Part shown: piece by piece, positions 1 to 7,288 of the stretch | Numbering within the stretch: the stretch's first letter is position 1 | How the letters are laid out: every line of letters begins with the position of its first letter | DNA from: an uncultured Actinomycetes bacterium | Lineage (GTDB): Bacteria; Actinomycetota; Thermoleophilia; RBG-16-64-13 | NCBI GenBank assembly: GCA_963841735.1 | Contig: CAWJDT010000001.1 | Coordinates: forward strand, 32,001-96,000 | DNA: 64,000 nucleotides | Direction of reading: 5' to 3' | Position numbers and translations under genes: made by a program | Notes under the pieces: model-generated | Seen by the model: the letters and a program-made list of their open reading frames with translations, nothing else | Told to the model about the DNA's origin: nothing | Databases searched by the model: none

Positions 1-20
1 CATCTGCAGGATTCCTCATA

Positions 21-49
21 TTGCGCTATTGGTAGCATGGTGCTACCCT
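21..49 (+). promoter_or_regulatory. Sigma70-type promoter of the TAC operon with palindromic operator
   Basis: TTGCGC (21-26), 17-nt spacer, TACCCT (44-49) preceded by TG. A perfect inverted repeat GGTAGCA-TGG-TGCTACC (31-47) lies in the spacer and overlaps the -10, as expected for antitoxin autorepression. Confidence 0.7.
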
Positions 50-72
50 AGGCACGCTGCGGTCACGGTTTC

Positions 73-390
73 GTGAGCCGGGAAGGTCCTCGATACGATC
101 CGAAGGAGGTCGCGCGCCTCGCACGCGAAGGGCGTGTTGTCACTACCAAGCGCGTCCAGTCATGGCTCCTTAATCACAACTATGACGCCGCCGATACGGT
201 CATCGAAGTGTTGACCTCCATCGAAACGCTAGGAAAATGGTTGAGTTCGTGCGTCTTGGGCAACTCCGAGATCGCCGATGAGTATGTCGTCACGGTCGAC
301 GAAGAAGAATGGTATGTGAAGTTCTACGTAGACAATGAGCAAGTGGTGGTAAACGTGTGGTCGTGCTGGTGGCAGGGAGTGGCTCACTAG
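73..390 (+). CDS. MqsR-like (RelE superfamily) toxin
   Basis: 105 aa with ADEY...WYVKFY...VVVNVWS pattern resembling MqsR-family toxins; directly upstream of an MqsA-type antitoxin. Confidence 0.65.
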   Translation: MSREGPRYDPKEVARLAREGRVVTTKRVQSWLLNHNYDAADTVIEVLTSIETLGKWLSSCVLGNSEIADEYVVTVDEEEWYVKFYVDNEQVVVNVWSCWWQGVAH

Positions 391-415
391 CCACGGTCGC
401 GTCAGGGAGGATGTC

Positions 416-955
416 GTGTCGATGTATCCGAAGACTTGTGGCGAATGCGGTGGCGCCGTTTCGCTGTCTTGCGCCGAGGTTCCTGTGGCCTTGCGCGGAG
501 AAACGATCATGGTGCCGAATCTAGAGCACGGCCTCTGCGAAGGATGCGGCGAGGTCTTCCTCGACCTACGCGGAATGGAACAGCTGCAGAAGGAAGCCGT
601 CAAGTGCTCGAAGCAGGCCAAGGGGCTGCTTACGCCGGATGAGGTTCGAGCCCTTAGGCATTCTCTCGGTCGTTCTCAGACTGCCTTTGAACAGCTGCTT
701 GGAACGGGTCCGAAGACCGTCACCCGCTGGGAGAAGGGCACGGTATTTCAGAGTGCTACCGCCGATCGCCTCATGCGCCTGATTCGCGCCATGCCTGAGG
801 TGGTCGAGGTACTCGAAGGCGAGGACAACTGCGTGAGCTCCGTGACGCAGTTGTCTAGGCGCAATGCAGGTCTCTTCACCCCGAGTTGGCGTGAACGTAT
901 AGTGACCTCGCGCAACCTAAAGGTGGTGGTCGGTGACAACGCCGCTGCAGCTTGA
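416..955 (+). CDS. MqsA-family antitoxin (Zn-ribbon + XRE HTH) with C-terminal extension (putative ChAD)
   Basis: CGECG...CEGCGE zinc ribbon, then HTH (LTPDEVRALR...SQTAFEQLLG.GPKTVTRWEKG), then a ~40-aa tail ending DNAAAA. Confidence 0.85.
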   Translation: MSMYPKTCGECGGAVSLSCAEVPVALRGETIMVPNLEHGLCEGCGEVFLDLRGMEQLQKEAVKCSKQAKGLLTPDEVRALRHSLGRSQTAFEQLLGTGPKTVTRWEKGTVFQSATADRLMRLIRAMPEVVEVLEGEDNCVSSVTQLSRRNAGLFTPSWRERIVTSRNLKVVVGDNAAAA

Positions 956-1355
956 CGCCTACGTCATAGACAGATTGCAGGTCGATACGCTGGAGAACTT
1001 CGACGACGGTGCCACCACAATGTCAGTGCATACCGACGTTGACCCCACACACCTTCTCTGCAACGAAGACCCGGCGGCGCACCAGCTTCGACTGAAGGTC
1101 GTATTTGGCCCCTCACAACCAGGGTCTGCCCCGTACTCAGGTGAGATAGTTGGCAGAGCCTTCTTCCATGTCTCTGATGACTTGAACGCGGAGGACACAG
1201 CCAGGTACATCCTCTTGAACGGCTCAGCCATTCTCTTCGGCCTGCTCCGGGCTCAGGTCGCACAGGTCTGCGCCCTTGGCCGATGGGGCGCGTTCCTGCT
1301 TCCTCCCGTGAACTTCGTAGAAGCGCTCGAGCAGAAGGCCGAAGCGGGGACCTAG
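933..1355 (+). CDS. SecB-like chaperone of a TAC system
   Basis: SecB-like motifs PLQLDAY, PYSGEIVGRAFF, NGSAILFGLLRAQV...LLPPVNF; overlaps the antitoxin stop. Confidence 0.8.
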   Translation: MTTPLQLDAYVIDRLQVDTLENFDDGATTMSVHTDVDPTHLLCNEDPAAHQLRLKVVFGPSQPGSAPYSGEIVGRAFFHVSDDLNAEDTARYILLNGSAILFGLLRAQVAQVCALGRWGAFLLPPVNFVEALEQKAEAGT

Positions 1356-1419
1356 AAGAAGTATCGCCTCCGGCCTGGGGAGGCGGGCGGTCAACCGGGC
1401 GCGTCGCGGCGCGATCTGC

Positions 1420-1915
1420 TCATGACCTTCCCCACTCGTAGGTGGCCCCCTTCACCGCCAGATAATTGCGGTCCAGCGCCGGCTGCAGCAGCAGAATCGC
1501 CCCAATCCGCCGCGCCATCCGCGTCACCTCACGCACCTCGTCGGTCTTCAGATCCCGGCCCAGGAGCGCCTTCTCCCGATAGCTCAGCCACTTCTTCATC
1601 ACCTGATATCCGCCGATGGTGTAGCTCCACACCCCCTCCGGCACCCCGCGCCAGTAAGCGACGCCGTTCAGATACACGTCCACCGCCTCATCCCCCAGTT
1701 GAGCCAGTGCCTCCTCTGCGCTGAGGCCGAGAGCCTCAGCTCCTTGCCCGATGGCCGCCAGCTCTTCGGATGTCCAAGGTCTTGCACTCGCTTTTCCTTT
1801 GCCCGGCATGGTGACGCCCCCCTGGCCGGCATGACCCCAACCGGCGGTGACGGCCAGATCACCGGTGCCCTCGTTCAGATTGCCCCCGCCCATCCGCGAG
1901 GCCACGCCCATCACC
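1420..1915 (-). pseudogene. Orphan duplicate of the 3' end of the RM gene (Type ISP C-terminal region), direct repeat copy 1
   Basis: Nucleotide and protein match to 6789-7288 (GVASR.GGGNLNEGTGDLAVTAGWG...YTIGGYQVMKKWLSYREKALLGRDL). No upstream methyltransferase portion. Confidence 0.9.
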
Positions 1916-2124
1916 CCCCCACCCACGAATGTTGTCCTTGCAACCTGCAGCCACTGGGGGTACAGTGAACTTGAATCTGACCCTGGGCTAGACTCGGCAG
2001 TAGGATTCACCGGGCCCCCGAGAAGGGGCCCTTCCTTCGCCTAGAGACGAACAATCCCCTGTGCGTCCGCGGCGCTGGCCACTTTGCACAAGACCGGATC
2101 AAGACCGACGATGTATCCGGTGCC

Positions 2125-2202
2125 TTCACCCCAGGGGTGAACGACCACTTGACAAACTCCTCACATCAGGATACCCTTCACCTGAAGGGTGAAGGGTATC
2201 CT
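2125..2202 (+). promoter_or_regulatory. HigBA promoter with two TTCACC-N5-GGTGAA operators
   Basis: TTGACA (2149-2154), N17, TACCCT (2172-2177). Palindromes at 2125-2141 and 2168-2202 (the latter with perfect 15-bp arms). Confidence 0.8.
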
Positions 2203-2221
2203 CAAAGTGCGGGAGACCCGG

Positions 2222-2515
2222 TTGCTTATCGAGTTCAAGACCAACAAGCTCAAGAAGTGCTTTGAGGACTCAAAGATGGGTCAACGCACCCTCGGCCCAG
2301 AAGTAGCCCGGAAGTACATCCAACGGATCCAACTTATCCAGCAGACCCATGACATCGACGAACTAGTGTCCCTACCAGGCCTGCGCTGCCACCCACTTGC
2401 CGGTGACCGCGAGGGCCAGCATGCAATCACACTGACCGGGTTCTATCGACTGATAGTCACAATCGAAGATGGAGTGGTCACGATACAGGAGGTCAGCAAG
2501 CACTATGGCGACTAG
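2222..2515 (+). CDS. higB: HigB-like (plasmid maintenance killer) toxin
   Basis: MLIEFKTNKLKK...PGLRCHPLAGDREGQHAITLTGFYRLI...IQEVSKHY; TTG start after GGGAG. Confidence 0.85.
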   Translation: MLIEFKTNKLKKCFEDSKMGQRTLGPEVARKYIQRIQLIQQTHDIDELVSLPGLRCHPLAGDREGQHAITLTGFYRLIVTIEDGVVTIQEVSKHYGD

Positions 2516-3608
2516 GGAGGAGATCCATTCCGATCTGGCCGTTCCGCCCGGGGAATACCTCTCCGAGGTGTTGGATGACCTTGACATGTCCCAGGCCGAT
2601 CTGGCTCGACGTATGGGCAGACCCGCTCAGGCCATCAACGAAATAGTCAAGGGCACCAAGGCGCTCACCCCCGAGACGGCTCTGCAGCTAGAGCACGTGG
2701 TCGGTGTGCCCGCTCACATTTGGCTGGGGCTGGAGGCTGAGTATCGCCTCACTCTTGCGCGGCAAACAGAGTCGGCGGAGGTCGACAAGGAGACCCAGCT
2801 GCTCGAGGCCTTTCCATACAAACAGATGGCGGAACTGGCGTGCGTGGCCCCGGTCCGCAAAGCTCAGGACAAGGTGCGAGAGCTGCGGCGGTTCTTCGGC
2901 GTCGCCTCGCTGGCGCAGCTCGGACAACAGCCTGCCTACGCTCCAGCCTTTCGAGTCGGCGGCGGTGCTCGTCAACCTTCGGAGTACGGACTGGCCGCTT
3001 GGCTGCACTGCGGACACGTGCAGGCCCAAGCGACAGAGGTCGCGTCGTTCAGCGAGACGGCTCTTCGGGCTTCCATTCCTGAACTGAGAAGACTGACCAT
3101 GGCCCCGGCAGCGGAGGTGGCCTCCGCGCTACGCGTCCGCCTTGCTGATTGCGGGATCGTCTTCGCGCTATTCCCGCACTTCCCGAAGACCTACGCGCAG
3201 GGTGCGACGTTCTGGGTTACGCCGCGACAGAAGGCGGTGGTCCTGTCGAGCATCAGGGGCAAGTGGGCCGACATCTTCTGGTTCTCGCTGTTCCACGAGC
3301 TGGGTCACCTGCTCCTGCATGGCAACGCGACCTTCGTCGAAGTCGAAGGCGGGCAAGGCACGCGCGATTCCGCCGAGGAAGAAGCCGACTCCTTCGCCCG
3401 CGATGCCCTCATCCCAGCGGCTGATTTTGCAGCATTCGCCGGGACACTGGACTTCGGCCCCGGCGCCATCACCAATTTCGCGTCAGCGATGGAGATACAT
3501 CCCGGAGTGGTGGTCGGACGCCTGCAGCACGAGCAGCTGCTGCCGGTCAACCAGGGCATCCAACTCCGGGAGCGCTACGAGTTTGGGGCGGGTGCGGCGG
3601 CGGCGTAG
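2505..3608 (+). CDS. higA: HigA-family antitoxin: HTH fused to ImmA/IrrE-like metallopeptidase domain
   Basis: PPGEYLSEVL...SQADLARRMG...INEIVKG...PETALQLE HTH; FWFSLFHELGHLLLH (HExxH) and EEEADSFA. Confidence 0.85.
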   Translation: MATREEIHSDLAVPPGEYLSEVLDDLDMSQADLARRMGRPAQAINEIVKGTKALTPETALQLEHVVGVPAHIWLGLEAEYRLTLARQTESAEVDKETQLLEAFPYKQMAELACVAPVRKAQDKVRELRRFFGVASLAQLGQQPAYAPAFRVGGGARQPSEYGLAAWLHCGHVQAQATEVASFSETALRASIPELRRLTMAPAAEVASALRVRLADCGIVFALFPHFPKTYAQGATFWVTPRQKAVVLSSIRGKWADIFWFSLFHELGHLLLHGNATFVEVEGGQGTRDSAEEEADSFARDALIPAADFAAFAGTLDFGPGAITNFASAMEIHPGVVVGRLQHEQLLPVNQGIQLRERYEFGAGAAAA

Positions 3609-3661
3609 ATCGGTGTACCGGATGGGCTGATGCTCAGACCCGTAGCCATAGGCGCTGCAGG

Positions 3662-5830
3662 TCAGGTCTTCGACATCTCCCTGTAGTGATCTAGGTAACC
3701 AGTCTTCTCGAACACCAAGCGCAGGCCCTCGCGAAACGTGTCGTAGTCGAACTCCTTCATGTCCAGGATGTTCTGCCCGAGAGAGTGAGACTCCCGGTTC
3801 ACGTAGCGACAAAACGCTTGGTACTTCGTGGCCTGCAATTCGGGCATCTGAAACACGTTGTTGAGGTCCTTTCTCCTCACGAAGTTGAAGAAGTACTCGA
3901 CTACGTTTCTCATGCAATTGGCGAGCAAGGCTGGCGGTTGGCAGGGGTCATTGATGATGGCCCAGTAAGCCTGATAGTCGTTCTGGATGTCTTCGTAAGC
4001 CATTCCAACGATTTGGCTGCCCGCGGAGTTCTTCGTCATCCGAAACAGCTTCTGATCTCTGCTTCGTCTATCGCGATTCGCGTCCGTCAACTCGTAGAAG
4101 AAGTACAAGCTGTGCGTCAGCACAAAGACTTGAGAAAAACGGTCCGACGAGAAGAAGGAACGCCGCAACAGTTGACCCACGTTGAAGACATAGACATGCG
4201 ACAGACTCGAAATCGGGTCATCAATGACCGCCACGCGACGAAGCCCCGTGTCCTCAACGCTTTGCCGCCCCTTACACAGCTCGCAGAAATACAGGAAGCT
4301 GATGATCATCTTCTCGCCCTCGCTCAGACTCCGGAAAGAAACGTCAGAATCATCCTGACGTGCTATCCGGTAAAGGGTCTCGGAGTGCTTGGTGATCGCG
4401 AAATCCTCAATACCCAAGTCGAGCAACGCAGCGTTGATGTTGCCCACGGCCTGGTCAGTATTTACCGTTTCCCGCTGAGCTGACGCGATAATCCGTCTCT
4501 GCTCCTCAACCTGCTCCTCAAACCGGGTCTTCTTATCTTCAAGCGCCTTTGTCTTGTCGTCCGACTCTTCCCGGTCCTGCAAATATCGGGAAACGGTTTG
4601 GTCGTACTGCCATCTCATCAGTTCCCAGAATTGGGCCTTTACGACATTGAGGGCGTCATCTCTGTGTCGAATCTTCTCCTGGTGCTGCCTGATTTGTTCG
4701 TTGGCACGGCTCAAGGCCTCACTAAGAGCATGAATGCTGGGCTTTGTGTTCTCAAGCTCCACCACCATGCTGGGGGTCGCCACCTTTGCCTGAAGCTTCC
4801 GAAGGTTCGCCTCCAGCTGTCGGGCACATTCGAGATGAAGCTTCGCGATCTCCGCAGAACAATCGAGCACGAGAGAGTATTCGCCGAGTTCTGGCGCGCC
4901 TCCCATGTTCGTGATGGCAGTTCGATAGGACTCTTCCAGCCCGCTGAGCGTCGATACGTCTTCCATGTATGAGTCGTCGAAGTACTGAGCGATGCTCTGC
5001 AACAGAGCGGGGGTTATTGTCTTCTCCTGGCAGAAGGGGCATGGGCTCCCCGCTTCGCCCGCGTCCTCGGGAACGTAACGTAGCCCCTCCCTCACCCAAT
5101 CCGAGTTCTCAAGCTTCTTGATTAGACCGGATACCGCACTGTCGTCGCTACCGACGATCGCCTTGGCAAGCAAAGGGTTGGATTCAACCGCGTGTTCGCA
5201 AAAAGCGAACTCCGTCAATTCGGCCAAGTCTTGCGCGGACACATCCTTGAGTGCTTCAACGTCCTTCTTGAGTTGTTCAATTGTTGTCTCAGGCTTCTCT
5301 GCCGGCTTCGTGAGCGACAAGACATGTGAAAGCAGCTTGTCCTTCTGAGCCTTGAACCCTTCGAGGCAGAACTCAAGCACGCGGTCGCCACCGCAGTGGT
5401 TCGTCTTGATCTCCCAGGTCTGCTCCATAGCCAGGGTTATCTTCTTGCCGAAGGCGGCCTTGGCCTCGTTTGTCTCCTGCGCGTTGGCGGCAAGAGCCTC
5501 TTGCAGAGCCCTAAGTTCCTGCTCAGCTCTGGATATCTTCTCCTCTGCCGCCTTGTTCTCTCTCGAAAGGCTGAATATCCCCTTGAGACTGTCAGACTCG
5601 TAGAAGTGATCTTGGACAAATCTCTGGTTGTACACCATCACAGCATCTGTCGTGTCTTGGGTCATTCGGCAATCTGCGAATCTCGCGTCACCACACCTGT
5701 AGAGGAAATCAGAGACTGTGGACTTCCCGGTGCCGTTCAGACCGTAGATTAGATTGACCTTCTTGTCAGTCACGAGGGAGGCCGTCGCACGGAAGCTGGC
5801 AACATTCGACATGTGTATCTCAGTAATCAC
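3662..5830 (-). CDS. RloC-like AAA_13/SMC-type ATPase with zinc hook and C-terminal HEPN domain
   Basis: Walker A GLNGTGKS, coiled coils around a CPFC hook, signature LSEGEK, Walker B VIDDPISSL, LTH switch, C-terminal RYVNRESH. Confidence 0.8.
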   Translation of the reverse strand: MITEIHMSNVASFRATASLVTDKKVNLIYGLNGTGKSTVSDFLYRCGDARFADCRMTQDTTDAVMVYNQRFVQDHFYESDSLKGIFSLSRENKAAEEKISRAEQELRALQEALAANAQETNEAKAAFGKKITLAMEQTWEIKTNHCGGDRVLEFCLEGFKAQKDKLLSHVLSLTKPAEKPETTIEQLKKDVEALKDVSAQDLAELTEFAFCEHAVESNPLLAKAIVGSDDSAVSGLIKKLENSDWVREGLRYVPEDAGEAGSPCPFCQEKTITPALLQSIAQYFDDSYMEDVSTLSGLEESYRTAITNMGGAPELGEYSLVLDCSAEIAKLHLECARQLEANLRKLQAKVATPSMVVELENTKPSIHALSEALSRANEQIRQHQEKIRHRDDALNVVKAQFWELMRWQYDQTVSRYLQDREESDDKTKALEDKKTRFEEQVEEQRRIIASAQRETVNTDQAVGNINAALLDLGIEDFAITKHSETLYRIARQDDSDVSFRSLSEGEKMIISFLYFCELCKGRQSVEDTGLRRVAVIDDPISSLSHVYVFNVGQLLRRSFFSSDRFSQVFVLTHSLYFFYELTDANRDRRSRDQKLFRMTKNSAGSQIVGMAYEDIQNDYQAYWAIINDPCQPPALLANCMRNVVEYFFNFVRRKDLNNVFQMPELQATKYQAFCRYVNRESHSLGQNILDMKEFDYDTFREGLRLVFEKTGYLDHYREMSKT

Positions 5831-5867
5831 AAGGGCTCACTCATCGATATTTACACGCGTCCGCATG

Positions 5868-6713
5868 TTACCTGAGTACCGCGGCGAGGTCATTCACCGC
5901 GGCTTGGACCACCAGCCAGCCGATACCGCACGTGTCCGCATCAGGGAAGGTCTTCAGAGTCCACTGCTGATAGGGGTGGATGAGGTTGCGGAACTCCCGC
6001 AGCGCGTGTGAGAACTTTTTGACGTCGAGTCCGATCCACCCGCACTCATGCGCGACGTTGATCATGTCTGAGAGCGACCAATCAGCGAAGTGCTTAACCT
6101 TGCAGGAACCATGATCTGTGGGAGCAGAAGGGCAGATATTGGCCTGCTGCGGATGCTTCTGAAACACGGCGAGCAGGAGCCCCTCAAGGAGCGACCCCAT
6201 CAGTATCGTTGCCGCAAGAAACGATCCGGAGTTCACACATGTCTGCGTCTCGGTCCACCGGTTCGCAAGTACTGCACCAAGACTAGGCTCGAGCGACAAT
6301 GCCAAGAAGTCCGGAGGCGGAAGTGGCACGAGTTCCGGCTCTCTCTCAGGCTCTTCCTGAAACGAAGGGGTCACTTTGACGAGTGCTGGTTGGACGCCGT
6401 CGAGCTTCACTCCCAGACCCTCTAGCAGAAGAATCTGGTTGAGCCTGGCAACCGCCTGAAGCGTAAGGTGCTTGTCGCCTTGGTATTCGTGAGGGTCCGC
6501 CAGGCGGCAGATAACCGCTTTGAGGTTGTTCTCAGTCAGCTGATCAAGAACACCTAGGGTCCACCACTTCCTGGTTGAGCCGTCATGGGCGAAGTTCGAG
6601 AACCCGACATTGTGGAAGAACTCCGTGAGTTCGTGACCTTTGCGGTACTTCGGGTGGTCCGGAGAATCCCCACAGATCAGGCCAGCAAGTGATACTAGTG
6701 TCTGATGATCCAT
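5868..6713 (-). CDS. AbiJ-like N-terminal domain fused to HEPN RNase (putative abortive-infection protein)
   Basis: N-terminal ICGD..YRKG.ELT.FF...G...HDGSTRKWW motif typical of AbiJ N-terminal domains; C-terminal REFRNLIHP (RxxxxH). Confidence 0.65.
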   Translation of the reverse strand: MDHQTLVSLAGLICGDSPDHPKYRKGHELTEFFHNVGFSNFAHDGSTRKWWTLGVLDQLTENNLKAVICRLADPHEYQGDKHLTLQAVARLNQILLLEGLGVKLDGVQPALVKVTPSFQEEPEREPELVPLPPPDFLALSLEPSLGAVLANRWTETQTCVNSGSFLAATILMGSLLEGLLLAVFQKHPQQANICPSAPTDHGSCKVKHFADWSLSDMINVAHECGWIGLDVKKFSHALREFRNLIHPYQQWTLKTFPDADTCGIGWLVVQAAVNDLAAVLR

Positions 6714-6788
6714 CCCACCCCCGGTCGACGACAACAAGCGCCGCACGCCCGGCACTGCTCTCTTTCGCGACGCCCAGATGCCTTCATG

Positions 6789-7288
6789 TCACCGATTCGC
6801 CCCCCACTCCCAAGTCGCCCCCTTCGCCGCCAGATAATTCGCATCCAGCTCCGGCTGCAGCAAGAGAATAGCCGCGATCCTCCGGGCCATGCGCGTGACC
6901 TCGCGCGCCTCCTCCGCCTTGAGGTCCCGCCCCAGCAGCGCCTTCTCCCGATAGCTCAGCCACTTCTTCATCACCTGATATCCGCCGATGGTGTAGTTCC
7001 ACACCCCCGCCGGCACCCCGCGCCAGTAGGCGACGCCGTTCAGATAGACGTCCACCGCCTCATCCCCCAGTTGAGCCAGCGCCTCCTCTGCGCTGAGGCC
7101 CAGAGCCTCAGCTCCTTGCCCGATGGCCGCCAGCTCTTCGGATGTCCAAGGTCTTGTATTCGCTCTTTCCTTTGCCCGGCATGGTGACGCCCCCCTGGCC
7201 GGCATGACCCCAACCGGCGGTGACGGCCAGATCGCCGGTGCCCTCGTTCAGATTGCCCCCGCCCACCCGCGAGGCCACGCCGATCACC
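6789..7288 (-). repeat. Direct repeat copy 2 (native 3' end of the RM gene)
   Basis: Aligns by eye with 1420-1915. Confidence 0.9.

Noticed and set aside
1916-2010. 5' extension of ORF 1420-2010 as a real standalone gene
   Set aside because: Homology to the RM gene stops at ~1915 and the extension has no clear RBS or coding signature.
1916-2045. Short plus-strand stretch NVVLATCSHWGYSEL resembling a Zn-ribbon gene end, followed by a GGGCCCC/GGGGCCC hairpin
   Set aside because: Too short and degenerate to call; possibly a gene remnant at the repeat junction.
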